From: Paramecium tetraurelia
Lineage: Eukaryota
Direction: 5' to 3'
Assembly (NCBI GenBank): GCA_000165425.1
Contig: CT868051.1
Coordinates: 62,001 to 126,000, forward strand
Length of the DNA stretch: 64,000 nt
How positions within the stretch are numbered: the stretch's first letter is position 1; every line of letters starts with the position of its first letter. Both the position numbers and the translations under genes were made by a program. The notes beneath the pieces were generated by a model, which was given only the letters and a program-made list of their open reading frames with translations, had not been told where the DNA came from and did not search any database. Below, piece by piece: positions 1 through 13,413 of the stretch.

Positions 1-1
1 A

Positions 2-232
2 GTCAAAGTCACTAGACACTTTACTAATCAAGTTTATTAAGCACAAAACTCGGATCAAAAACCTACTAAAGATGTTGAGAAGGTGAATGAACTAATCAAA
101 TTGAGTGAATAGATCAAGAAGGAATTGTTGAAGGTCAAGTTTTGTACACTCTGCAAGAGAAAGTTTCAAAGTATCAAATACTTAATTGAGCATGAAGAGA
201 ATTCAGATGTACACAAAAAGATTAAATAATGA
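2..232 (+). CDS. 3' end of a protein with a C-terminal C2H2 zinc finger (RBM5/RBM10-type finger); partial
   Basis: Ciliate-code frame reads ...KFCTLCKRKFQSIKYLIEHEENSDVHKKIKQ-TGA(230-232), a CxxC-x12-H-x6-H pattern. Confidence 0.7.
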
Positions 233-253
233 TATTTATTAAAATTTAACGTA

Positions 254-1045
254 ATGCTTGATGAATTAGAATTATTGGTTGAAAAAGAATTAGCTAAGTT
301 AAATTCCCTTAACGGAAAAGACAAGGTCCCCTAGGTTGTTCAACAACCATTGATGTAGAACAAGGATAAAGTCAATCTCATCATCTCCATTGACAATAAA
401 CCAAAAGATATTAAACATCCATCAACTGAGCAATGTTCATTCAGACCCATGTTATCGAGGAAGTCCCTGAGGATTGCTGAAAAATTGGGGGATGCCAAGG
501 AAAGACTTACTAAGCCTAGATCAGTCACGCCTGAAATCAAGGAATAATCTTAGTCGCAAACAAGGAAACGAACTGTCTCTGGAGTTGCACCAAGATGGGA
601 ATAGTTATACACTTTAGATCAATTTTATAAGACAAAGAAGGAAGCATTGAAATTGTAAATAGAAATGGATAGATCAAAAGATAATGAGACAACCTTCTAG
701 CCAGATCTTTCAAAGAGTTAAACTAAGTATTGTGATTTTACCATGCCTTTTGAATAGAGAAATCGATATTGGGAAACTAAGAAATAAGAAAAACTTATTT
801 AATATTAGAAGGATGTACAAAATGAAAGTCAAACGGTATGCACCTTTAAACCTCAAGTAAATAAAAAAATAGCACAAAAAAGTGTCAAAGTATCAGAATT
901 CAATAAAAAAGGACTCATCACCTACTTCGAAAGAGTCTAACAAGCCAATAAGAAGAAAGAAGAACCCAAAAAATCCTCAAAATGGAAACCTGGAGTTACA
1001 ATACCACAAGAATTCAAATTAAGTCATACCAATAGATAAATATGA
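254..1045 (+). CDS. hypothetical protein with repeated C(T/S)F(K/R/Q)P motifs
   Basis: ATG254 is open to TGA1043-1045 with TAA/TAG=Q. Motifs QCSFRPML, TTFQPDL, CTFKPQVN and a terminal TIPQEFKL. Confidence 0.75.
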
Positions 1046-1166
1046 TTTTCAATCAAATTACTTAATCCCATTAAGCTAATTATTAATATATACTTATACA
1101 TACTCCATCCTTCTCCATACATTAATAAATATTGAAATATAATAATAAAAATTGGCTGTTAGTTTC

Positions 1167-2458
1167 ATGCAATAATTTCAAATATTCAAAACAAAACAAA
1201 TAGGTATTCAATATCAATACTTACAATTAGCAAGTCCTAGTTAATAATAATAATAATACTAAGTACGCTCTCCCTTTCAGAATATGGAAAACAAAGGTTT
1301 TATTTAAAAGTCTTCAAATGACCAAGAAATGATCAGTAAACCTGTATAGTCCACAAAACAATTAACATAAACACCAAGTGCCTCTGAATACAAAATTTAA
1401 TTCAAAGTAGGCGGAGCAAAACAATAATACGATGAACCTAATACTATGATTTCTTAAGCTATACCCTTTGTTCCTATGAGTCCGTAATAACATCGTGAAA
1501 ATGCCTCAATCTTCTAATCTCCTTAAAATAAAATCTAGTATCAATAGCAATAATTGCAATTTTAATCTCCCAATCGAGATTAATACCAAACAAACTTATT
1601 TTACTCATCAAATCAACCATTCATTTAATAATCTATTTCTCAACCTTATTAAAATAATTAGAACTCACAAAAAGTAGTAAATTACACCAATACCATTGCT
1701 CTTCAAGAAGAGTTGAAAGCTTTATAACTGCAAAACACTTCTATGACTTAAGAAATTCAAAAATTAGAATCACAAGCATTTAGAGGCCAATCAGCTCAAT
1801 TCATTAAGGAATTGGAGGATAAGATAAAAATGTTATCATAAATGAATAAAAAGTTATCAATCGATAATCGTGAATTAATAAATGTGCCTGATGCGTAAGT
1901 CTTGAGAGATCTAATTTTAAAGTATTAAAATGACAGAAAAATAGCTTATAATTAGCTATCTGAAATGAAGACTGAAATTTAAAACTATAGAATGAAGTAA
2001 GAGGATTTAAAGGAAAAGCTTTAAAATGAAGAGTCGACTTAGCTAAATAACTTAATTTAAGAATTTGAGAATAAGGTATAAACTCTGATTTTAGAAAACG
2101 ATAGAATTAATGTACAATTAAGAAATGGAGAAAACATTATGAGTTAGGTATTAAAGTAAAAAAATGAGAATGAATAATTAAAGCAAAAGCTAAATAAGTT
2201 TAAAAAAGATGAAGAAAACGCTCACAAATAATATTCAAAAGCAGAAGCCAAAGCTAATTTATTTGAGACTTGCTTAGACAAATTAGATTTGTTACAAGAT
2301 GAGAATAGGCGTCTTCAATAAATGATTAAGGATTCAGAAATGACTTAAGTGGATTTAGATAGTTTATTGGAGAAGGTATAATTATTAAATATCTTTAGAT
2401 TTAAGTAATTCGGTATGATAATGAAAGAATGATGAGATCATTACGTTGTAAATAATGA
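1167..2458 (+). CDS. coiled-coil protein with Q/S/P-rich N-terminus
   Basis: ATG1167; GT..AG introns at 1204-1230 and 2376-2398; heptad-rich E/K/Q/L C-terminal half; TGA2456-2458. Confidence 0.75.
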
Positions 2459-3048
2459 GTTTAATATATATATATTTATATGAATAATTCAAGGGAGTGA
2501 TACTAATTTTGATTAGAGATATTAAATTATCCTGACTCTAACCTAAGGTAAGGGAGTATTTAAGAAGAAATAATACATTATTATACATTCTCTGTTTATA
2601 CAATAAAACATTATAAAAATACGTTTGGTTGATCCCAGAAATAAAGTAGTGAACTAAACCAAATATATACATGAAAACATATTGGATTTACAGCAATTTG
2701 AGAGATTATGAGTAAAGTAGAGTGATGTGTTAATTGTTTTGAAGAGACTTACAATATAATTAAAATGAAGAAGGAATTGAAAGTGCAAATTATTTGTAAT
2801 TTCTATAGGCTATTTAAAACTCAGTGTACTTTTTGAAAATAAATCAAATAGTTTAGAAATCAATTAATAATAAATTAAGAGAAGATTTTTTAATCATTAT
2901 TTATATTCAAAATTAAAGGAGAAGTTAAAGAAATTAACATTATCATATTGATTAAATAATAATTCAAAGAGTGATTCTTGATGATTTCAATTAATGTTGA
3001 ATTAGAATTGAGTTGATAATGTCTATATAATTATTATTTATTTTTATA

Positions 3049-6000
3049 ATGGATGATGCTTATTCCCATCAAGCCTCAACTCCTTCGGACAGACATCACA
3101 AATCTAAATTGGAAACCATGAGAAACGAGAACATGAACTTTGTTGAGTAATTCTAATTAGATAGTCTATAGCTCAAACGACGTGATAGTGGAATACTACA
3201 AAAATTAGTACCTAATGTTATTATGGCTTTAGATAAGCAAGTGGATTGGATAGATATTTTCTGGAAATCGAATAATGGCTGGAAGAAGATAAGACTCTTC
3301 ATACTAACACACCCTTAGTTCTCGAAGCAGATGATGGGATTGGGAAGAAAACTCTTTTAGTGAAATGGATGGAATATCATGCCAGGAATAAGAAAGGGGT
3401 AAGAATATAGTGAATAATAGCGATATCCTGATTTTATCATTCCTCATTTTGCCACATAATCGGGCAAAAATAGCAATTATTATTATGCCATCTATAGAAT
3501 CCTTATTAAATTGAGAGAAGCACTCAACATCAAATAGAAGGTGGAGCTGCTAGAAGAGAAGCTAAGAAGATATTTCCAATATTGGCTAGAAATTTGTAGT
3601 AGATAATTAGATTAACAAATTATTAACGGAGCCCAAATCATTTATGACAAGGTATGCGATATCCTCATTCTGTAGGTTATTTTAGTTTTTGAAGGGATAG
3701 ATAATTTCAGAGAGTTACTGGATATGCACCGAGAAGCCAATGTAAATTTTTGGTTGCCAAAGTATTTCCCAACCAACATCAAAGTCATTGTAACTGCTGA
3801 ACGGTAGTCAGCCTCGATGAGATTGTTGAAACCTGATTGTCAAGTGATACCCATAGTGTCTGATAAAACAGTCATGAAATAGACAGTCAATCATCATTTG
3901 GGGAAACATCTACTCATTTAAGTATTCATATCTACTAAGCAACAAGAATCCTTAAAATCTGTTGGATATATTCATTCAGTTAAGTTATAAAGTGAGAAAT
4001 CAACCAGTTTTTGTGAGATCCTACTTTTCTGTCTTCATTCCATATCCTTCAGAGGGAGTAGTCGAAGAAAATGAAATTGATTAAAGAATTGTTGAATAAA
4101 TACTGTAACCATTAAAGTTGGAATATTTCATATCTATGAAGGTAATTGAGGATCTGTTTGCATTTCAATTGGATTACTTTTCGAAAGCCAATATAATGGA
4201 GGTTGCTAAATTTAGAAAAGTCTTATTAGTATTGTCTCTTACTTAAAAAGGATTGACTTATCAAGAAATTGAAAGTGTTTGTAACATTACGATCAAAGAA
4301 TGGAAGTTATTTCTAGTCTTCTTTAAAGTGTACATAATGAAACACAAAGAATTATGGATAATTCATAATGAAATCTTTAAAAAGTAATCATCAATACTTA
4401 CTACGTTGACATCAAGGATATCTTAGAATTGCATGATACTATAGCTACAACTATTGACAAGATTACTCCTAATTCTATAAGGAAATTGGAAGAGCAAACA
4501 TTCCAATTATATAGTGCTAAGAACTATTTCTCTTTGAAAGAAGTAATAAGTATCATCGAAAACTTTCTACTTCTCTTTAATCCTTCTAACAAATATGATC
4601 TATGTAGATATTGGTAATCCCTTGAAGAGAATGGATTTGATCCTGTTTTGGAGTACAATAAGGCAGTTGAAGGTTTCTAAATTCATTATCATCCTTCATC
4701 TGAAGACATGTTCAGAATAATCTTACAAATCTCAAGGTTTCTCAAGGAATTTGGTGATTTTGAAACCAGGAACACACCTATATTTAGACACCCACCTATA
4801 ATTGGAGTATTGAGTGACTTATATGATATCGGATTGCTCTAAGAGATACTGAAACTTGACCTTTATTATGACAAAGCACCTGAATTAAAGGAGTTTGATC
4901 CAGCTAAACATTTGAAGCGTGTTGCTAAACCAAAAACAGCTCCTGTGCTTTCCAAGATGGAGTCACTCAATGTAGAGATACAACAAAATAGATAATTGAT
5001 CAGAACACATTATCTTTCAATGATATCTAAACCCTTCGAGTAAACTGAAAATGAAGAAGAACCTTCTGAAGATGTGGATTAATTGGCTGAAGAACTTAAT
5101 CACAAATTGAGAAAGGTCATTTAATAAAGGGAAGAGAACCTATCCTAAGAGTAATTGTAATCAAGCGAGCGAGAATCTACTGATTATTATTATAAGAGAT
5201 GGATTTGGATCCAATTTCCATGGGCTTGTATGAGTATTGATAAGAATTGCGATTACTCCGTGGTCATCAAACAATGTTTCTCTTCAGCGACAGATTACAT
5301 GAGCGTTGAGGATGAGAATGCTTTCACAGAGTCAGCACTTAAAATAGCACTCGAAGCAAAGAGAAAGCGAAAGGAGATGTATGAGTAAAAGCAAGAACAA
5401 GAAACTCAATTATAACTTATTCCTTAAGTGCCTGTGCTAGTATAGAAGGGATAGGAGGAGGTCTTGAAAAAGCAAAAAAGAGAACAAATAGAGTTTAGTA
5501 CGATATCAAGCCAAAGATATGCTAGATCCTCAGCAGTAATCTTACCTCCTGTATCTAATAGGAGTGCTGTGTTGACGTAGGAAGATGCACCATAAGATAA
5601 TCATAAAAGTCATTTGATGTTTATAACCTCAGATTTTACAGATTCAAATTATCTTAATGAAGAATCAAAAACATTTAAATTAAAGTAGGCGGTAGTACCA
5701 AATGATGGATAAGAGACTTAGCATTTACTTGAGAAATTGAAGAAATAAAAAAGTAAATTTAAACAGTTTGCTTCCAATTCTGTTTCTCATGGGAATTATA
5801 AGATTACTGAGATTTTTCCAATCGTCAAGGGAAACATACTATAACATTCGACATCCCAGTTCAACTCTACTACAGTATCAAGCAAGGTAGATGAGGTAAA
5901 AATTGGATTAGGTTATTTATGAGAATTTGTAGCTGGCTCAGACGTACAAAATCTTAAAGATAATGGACTTCAATAAGGGATATTTGAAAAGGGAACTTAA

Positions 6001-7136
6001 TAATCTAGAAGGCTTGAAGTAAGTATAGAGGGATCTGAAGCAATAAATAGAGATAGCTGAGAAGGAGTTGAAGAAATCTTGTAAGACAAAAATAAGGGTG
6101 AAAAAGATCTTGAAAATATGTAGAGACAACAAATAGTAAAATGAGGAGTATATTAGATATTTAAATTATCTGACTAGAAACTTCACTAAGTTAATTAATT
6201 TTGAATAATTGGAAATTAAAAAGAGTCAAGAAAATATATAATAAGCAAAGCGACAATTTGATGAATTTTTAAAAGTCTATCGTTAAAAGCGATAACATCA
6301 GACAACATTATTGCTTCAAATCAGAAATAGTTTAAGAGAAAAACAACATTTAGATAAAATATTTTAATTAAGTGATTTACAAATAACCGAATAAGCTCAT
6401 GGTTCAATCTAAAAATTGAGGAAAAGATTAAATAAAAAGGATGATGACACCAAGAACAAGAAAAACAAAGAATCTTAAGAAAAGGAACTCAAATTACAAA
6501 GAGAAAAGTTAATGATCCTAGAACAACAATATCGAAAGATAAAAGGAGTTTTTGATATTAAGAATAGTGATTATCATTTGAATAAGGAATTCGTAGATTT
6601 TATGGCATCGAAAGAAAGAAAAAGCGAATATGAAATTAAATTGTCAGAGTGTCAATAGAAATTAAGTGAAGTCTTGGATCTAAATACAAAATTGAATGAA
6701 TAAGCTAAAACATATGAGAATGCTTATTCATCTCATAATTTCAATTAAAAGGAAGTCAAAAAAGACGGTACAAGTTATATCTTATAGCATTAGAGCAATC
6801 TTAAGAGAAAAAGCAAATTAACAATATTTAAATGTAAGAATTATAACTCAAGAAACTGATGGTTTTGGAAGCTCGATTAACCAGTTCATTAGAATTGATC
6901 GGAAAGAAGTGTGGAGTTAAAGATGAAGATTAGGTAATGCAAATTTAGATTATTATCAGATTTCTATTATATTAGATTAGAGGAAACAACACATTATAAA
7001 AAATGAGGGATAGACAAATTATTAGAAGATTTTAGAGCAGTAGTATTAAATAGAGCCGCTTTTAAAATAGCAAGCACCATTCTATTTTCCAAACAGATAC
7101 ACAAATAATAATAGCAGTAGTAACAGTGAAATTTGA
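3049..7136 (+). CDS. NACHT/NPHP3-like P-loop protein with long C-terminal coiled coil
   Basis: Walker A-like PLVLEADDGIGKKTLLVKW, FIIPHF, Walker B-like VILVFEGIDNF and FWLPKYFPTNIKVIVT resemble nephrocystin-3/TTC41-type NTPases. Several tiny introns. Frame joins near 3140-3165 and 4380 are unresolved, and the 3' exon structure is approximate. Confidence 0.65.
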
Positions 7137-7659
7137 CATAATTTAATTATATAAATATATAGAAAATAAAGTATAAAAATAGTAATTATTTAATATTTAT
7201 CGATCTTATATTGTGATAATCTATTATTCCTTTCTTATTAATTGATTTATTGTAGGAGATCAAGTATGAGTATACGTGCAGAATAAAATTATTTATGATT
7301 TTCATTTTAAATAATTGTATCTTGAGTAACTATTTAATTATCATCGAAGTTATATTGAAAGTAAAGTGAATTATAAGCTCATGGTGTATTTCAATGAAAA
7401 GTTTAGAGTTTAAAATTAAATTTATAAATAAGAGCTTTTTGGCAATTTAATTGTGAATTAAATAAAAGCATAATTTGAGTTCAAACTGACATTTATCAAT
7501 AGGAGATATTCAAGGGAGAGTTGAAATTGAAAAATGATTGGAAACACTCCACTTATAGGAGATAAGAAGTTTGGTCAGTGATCAGTTAAGGACGTTGTCG
7601 TAATAAAAGATATTTAAGAAAGTTTATTTAAATAATTTTACTCATATGATAAGATATCA

Positions 7660-8071
7660 TCAAAGCATGTCTAAGAATTTTTAGTTTAAGTTTTTGCTGG
7701 AATTTCTCTCTTACTTAGACCTTAGTGGACTCTGAAGTAGAGTGCCAGATCTCATATCGATAATAATTGTATCGGATATTTAAGTCGATTTCTTAAATAG
7801 TGAATAAATCAATTACCAATTCCTTGGTTTCCTTCAAATCACCAGAAGTTGTGAATTTAATGGGTATTTTGGAATCAATTTAAGTGATGGAAGGTATTTA
7901 CTGAGGGATCTCGTCAAGGAAATCCATTTTGTCGATATCTCCCAAAATTGAGATTTTTAAGGGTTCCATAGTCAGCCCTCTTTGACTAAGGACAATAGAA
8001 GGAACTTTAATCTTGTGTCTCAACTCATTTGCTTTTAGAGTAATAGTAGGTCTATCTTAACAACAGCCCAT
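7660..8071 (-). CDS. small (128 aa) protein with N-terminal MGCC acylation motif
   Basis: MGCCQDRPTITLK...; one 25-nt intron; TGA at 7660-7662. Confidence 0.7.
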
Positions 8072-8504
8072 TATTTACGATAGTGTTGAGAAATTGATTT
8101 TAAATTAATAAAATCCATAATACGAGAGTTTATATCGTTGATATACCAACATATATGACGACATTATATGAGAGAGATTGCTTCATAGTATTCAGAAGAA
8201 TTTATTGTTTAAGGTTCTAATAGTCAACTGTTTTGTAGAATGGTATTGAGTTTAGCCTATATAAATAAAACTTCAGCTGTTGAATGGGGATTGTTAGTAC
8301 TATCGTAAGGTTTTCTGTTCTCGAGTGTTAGATTGGATTGTTAGACAAAAAGGAGTCAGACAAAAAGGAATCATTCGATTGGGGAGAGATTAAGAAGTCT
8401 TTATGATTTAAATGTAGTTCATTTGAACATCTTTGCACAACAAACGATTAAATAATTTAATTTAAGATAAATTCAAAGCTCTTACACAATCTTTATTCTT
8501 TGTT

Positions 8505-11500
8505 TCACCATTCCGTCCAATTTAAGGCAGACTAGATAATGCAAATAATCTGTACCTCTCTTATATACAATTTGTTAAAGTCATCTTATTTCAGTTTCTT
8601 TATTGCTTTTTCTCTTTGTTCTATTTTGTCATATTGCACAACAACTTGTTTTGATTCAGGCACCACATTGGCTTGTCTGTGTAAGTATTTATCGAAATCA
8701 AACTTCGACTTTTTCAAACTAGCCTAGACAATCAGATGGGATACTAGTGCGAATTTAAAAGATGTAAGTACTGTATTTTTCATTGCTGCCCAAACAGATA
8801 AAGCATTCCTGGAACACTTTTTGATTCTTCAATTTCAAACTATTGAAACTCTTTTGACTATTGCCATGGAGTTCGATGTAGCATTCTTAATGGTAACTGT
8901 GTCCACATTAAAATGCCACTGCTTTTGTACACTTAGTGATTCGATCATTGCATTCTCCGCAGTATCGATCGACACAGACTCCTTGATTCATCTATTGAAA
9001 GAGTTTTTTGCTTAATCCCTTGTAAGTGATATCAGTCTATTGCATGGCAATGTTATAGGAAGGCAATTCAAAAGCGAACTTTTCCTAGATGGATTTGTTG
9101 GTCTTGAAAAACACTCTGAGTGGAATAGAACCATAGAGTTGATTCATTTTCTAGATAATCATACAAAGTTTACATCCAAGAGTCTGTCCAATTCTATGCA
9201 TTTGGACATGGCTAAGAACACTTCGGATACAATATCTCCGTGCAATTTTCTGAGGGCTTCAGGGACTTTAAGATCAGTCAATTGTTCCAGTTTATGCTAT
9301 TTGAAAAAAGAGTCTAAAAATTAAAACCAATATCCATCGTCTTCAATTTTCGAGCAGAGATCAATGATGTAATTCAACTTCTCAAAGATCTCTTCTTAAT
9401 CAGTTTCTGAGACTGTCTTTGATCTTGCGAACGATTTGTGACAATCCTTCAATCTATTGATAAACAGCAGAGTCAACATATCCAGAGCCTTCTAGATGGC
9501 TCCATTCTTCTGAAGCAGGTAGGCAGCAGCATTGTACACCTTATACTTCTCACAGATGGCCAAGGCGTCGTCTAGAGGGAAGTCTCCATTCTGGACATCT
9601 TTCAATACCTCTTTGGGTGCTCTTTAACACAGGAGATCAAGATACAGTAATCTAATTGAATCGGAGGCCTTTTCATTTTTGATGTATTGTTTGAGGTAAT
9701 GCAATTGGTTTTATGGTGTTTTTTCTAATTTTTGAATGATTTGCATTTACAATTTGAGATCGTGGAAGTACTCCTTGAAAATTCGATTCGTATACTATTG
9801 ACTAATGTTCATCAAGGTATCGCAATTCTCGATTATAAACTCTTACAACTACATCAGCAATTAAGCATTAGAGTAAATCAACAGTCTTTCAATGACTTCA
9901 AATACATTTCTCTTCATCATACTGTTCTGCATCTGAAAGTAATTAGAAATGCAGGTGATATAATCGTTTTGTTTGTATATGAGAAAGGTACGGAATTCAG
10001 GAAATGGGATGCTTCCATCGAAAACAACGGAGACGTCATTCAATTGACTAGTGTCATACAGGTGAATTAAGTAGGCATTCTTATTGACTTCGTAAGACTC
10101 TAAGTAGATGGGATCAGTATCTTGACTGTTGAAGTTATATTGTTTCAAGGTTTCGAAATAGGATGGAGACAGGAGATCTTGGACTAGTTTCTCTTTGAAT
10201 TGTTTTTTGAATTACAATGGGAATTGCATTAGTAATTCAGAGTAGAATAGCAAGAAATGATTAAGTTATTCAGCAAGGGATATTTAATGATATTGTTCAG
10301 TCTTGTCATTATAAACTATCTGATAGTGTTCCTGAGCTTTAAGGTCCTCCCTGGTGTTCTCTATGGAACTAAGCATCGATTTCAGGATGTCAGGGACGTG
10401 ATCGATGATCTCAAACTTAATCCCAGGGAGAGTGGCTGATTTGATATTGGTATAGATGTGATGCTGCATGAATTACATAAGCAATTGAAGTGATAGTCGA
10501 ATGTCAATGAGTATGAATTGTTTTAAATTCTCTGTATTAAAGATGAATGAAACCAATCCCCTTAACATATCGAAATAGATATTGTGTGGCACCCTCTCTC
10601 CCAGGATATTAATACCCTTCACACACATACGAAAGTAGGCCAAAATACTGTATCCTAGTTTAATTCTGAACTTCCGCAACTTCTCCTTCTCAATGTGGCA
10701 TGACTCCTTCTATTCCAATTACCATTTATTTTCCCAAAGATCCATCAGTTTCATTAATCCAGTGATGAAGTCTCCCTACTTTGTGCACAGATAAATCATG
10801 GCCTTGTACAAGTGATAATCCATGCAGACCTTGATTAGAAGAGTAGGTTCTTGTTGATGTAAATCTAATTGCAGTATGAGTTATTGTATCATCTCCTTGT
10901 CATTTTAATAAAAATTGACGTAGTCCACAAAGAACGATTCAGGAATCACAGCAATTTATTTGTTCTTAATGAAGGGATCCAAACAAGTGAAATACAACTT
11001 CATCTATTATATGTCCTTGAAGAAGTCCTTCAGCACAACCAAAGCATAAGTCATGCTATCAACTCTGAGCAAGAACTCTATTGTCTTTTTTATTTTATTC
11101 TCCTTCTCTTATTAAGATAATGGGATATCCAATGGTTTCAGTGCAAACATTATATGAGTAAAAGCAATCTTCTGGAACATCTAACTCATTTATTCTTAAC
11201 GTGCTTATAGAGAGGAAGCTATCTCACTCAGTATTTTAATTTATCCTTGGTAGATCAGCATTCCTTAATGCATGGCTTTCTCCCATTGATTCTTCTCAAT
11301 CAAATCCTCTAGATATTCATTCCAAGTTTGGAGTCTCTCTATTAAAATGTTATTCTTCCTCAATGATACAATTCCATTCTCGTATATTTATACCTGACAA
11401 GGTATACTTGGACCTTCATATGAAACACAAATCTCAGCAACCTATGGTTCGACATCTTCCTTTGACAGCATTCTTGTTTTCGATTCCAATATGACAATCC

Positions 11501-12879
11501 CATCATCTTGCTTAGCAAATTAAAACTATGTAGTATGAATTAAAGCAACCCAATTAGAATCCGAAAATGTATAAATGATATTATTTGTTAAAAAGGAACT
11601 CTTAATTATATTCCCTTTCTCTTTCTCTAACTTATAAACAGCACTGATTAAATATTTAAATTATATTACCCTTCTACAATTTCTAGTTCATCCTCTATAT
11701 TCATACATTTGACTAAATGAAATATGTCACCCCATCTTATACACAACAACTTGGCATTCTGATATGACTTTTCGAAGTACCCCTCTCCCCACGACAATTC
11801 ACCACTTTCATTACTATCATTTTAAGGGACATCAATTGAGAAAGTATGTCTTTTCAGAGTATACACTATCTCACATTTCAAAGACCCTAAATTTTGATGC
11901 GTATGGCAATTACCTTTATAGAATTTAAGAATTTCAACGCGATTAGAATATAATACAGCAGCAATCACTACTTATTAAATATTTTGATTGAGTTACTGGG
12001 TCATAGCTTCAGGCATCAACTTAATATCCAGAGCAAACTTCGTCTATTAGCCCTCTGTGTCACTGGAGTGCTTGGCTGATGGATCTGTATAATCAGTGAC
12101 TTCCTCTTCTTTTTTGAATATGCTATCCCACCAGGAGGACTGCTTTTATTTTGGCTATTGGGGGTTGCGTTTGATGTGATAGATTTTGCCATTCTTATAG
12201 ATCTTGTCTTTGGAATGAGTGACGATGTATTTGTCCATGACAGTCATCACAGTGAAGGAATGTTTGTAGATGACTCCGTGTTCATCCAGAGATAGTGCTT
12301 CGATAGTGGAGGATGGTATGAATAGGACTTGCATCACTCTGCCTGAATGCAATCTGGATTCATGATGCAAGCGTTCCCATTTCCGACCTACCTCGTATAA
12401 TTGAATGTCTCCTCTCTCAAAACCAACCAACATATATTTCTCCCAACATTAGATTGCCAATACAGAGCCATATCTTGTTTGTCGTTCACCTGCATTGAGT
12501 ATGGCTTGGATGGACTCCACTCTTCCATTCACCACTTCAATGCAGATGATCACAGAATGTTGAGTGCCAATCATCAGATACCTCTTTTGACGATGCATAT
12601 AGAAGCAAAGTTGAGTTGGTTGTCCATAACTACCATACAATTCATTTGCTTATTGTGTAAACCCATAAATAGGATTCACTTGGAAACAATCTGGTTATTG
12701 TTGCACTTTTTCTTAAAAGAAGGTGTTTCTGTCTCTGGACTCTAAGGAGAACTTTTTTAACACTAACAATGGTTGATTACCTTAAGAGATTGGTAGATTG
12801 GTTCAAGTTGATCGAGAATATTGAAGTGTGTAAATTGGTGATATCTACTCCGCAAAACTTCTTAATTTAGATAATACAT
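8505..12879 (-). CDS. VPS8: Vps8 (CORVET subunit) homolog
   Basis: N-terminal beta-propeller (GQPTQL..LMIGTQHS..MLVGFERGDIQLYEV), alpha-solenoid (KVCMDYHLYKAMIYL..GDFITGL) and C-terminal RING-H2 (CGEC..FQCGHSYHQEC..CFIC); several tiny introns. Confidence 0.85.
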
Positions 12880-12964
12880 AAAATTATTATTCTGAAAATC
12901 AATAATAAACAAACCAATAATCAAGTACAATCATAATAACAAACACAACTAATCATGATAGGGT

Positions 12965-13390
12965 TCATTCATTCTCTCTTGAAAAACTATATTGAACTGG
13001 GTTAGAATTAGAATTAATAATTGGATCAATCTGTATTTCAGCGAAATAATCAATTAATCTCCATGTATTCTTCTATTATTCATATGCAATTGGAAATTAT
13101 TAATTCGTTCTCCTTCCATAACAGGACTACAGTATTTATTTGTTTCCTTTATCTAATATAAAATTTAGAAATGATTAGATATTAATAGTTTATTGTAAAT
13201 TGCACTAAGATTGATTTGATATGGTATCCAAATGTCATTTGATTGACAATTACAGAAATAGAATTATAATCTGATTACCTATTGAATTTCTTTAATATCA
13301 GAGTTTAATAGAGAGTGTTTACTCAAACCTTCGAATAGTTGAAATCATTGGACGATATCCCTACTTCTCTTCAATCTAAAGAAACACTCG
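12965..13390 (-). pseudogene. possible decayed gene fragment
   Basis: Coding-like tail (..NTWRLIDYFAEIQIDPIINSNSNPVQYSFSRENE-TGA) with no clean ATG or continuous frame upstream. Confidence 0.25.
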
Positions 13391-13413
13391 ATATTTTATA
13401 ATAAATAATTTTA

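Noticed and set aside
2459..3048. Long spacer (also 60806-61351) as tRNA/snRNA/snoRNA loci
   Set aside because: No cloverleaf, A/B boxes, Sm site or convincing C/D pair seen by eye; an Infernal/Rfam scan would be needed.
5850..5915. Apparent frameshift in the NACHT-like gene
   Set aside because: A canonical 25-nt GTA..TAG intron at 5887-5911 restores the frame.
8168..8500. TGA-free plus-strand frame between the MGCC gene and Vps8
   Set aside because: No motif or coding-like composition, and it runs antisense into Vps8. Long open frames arise easily with a single stop codon.
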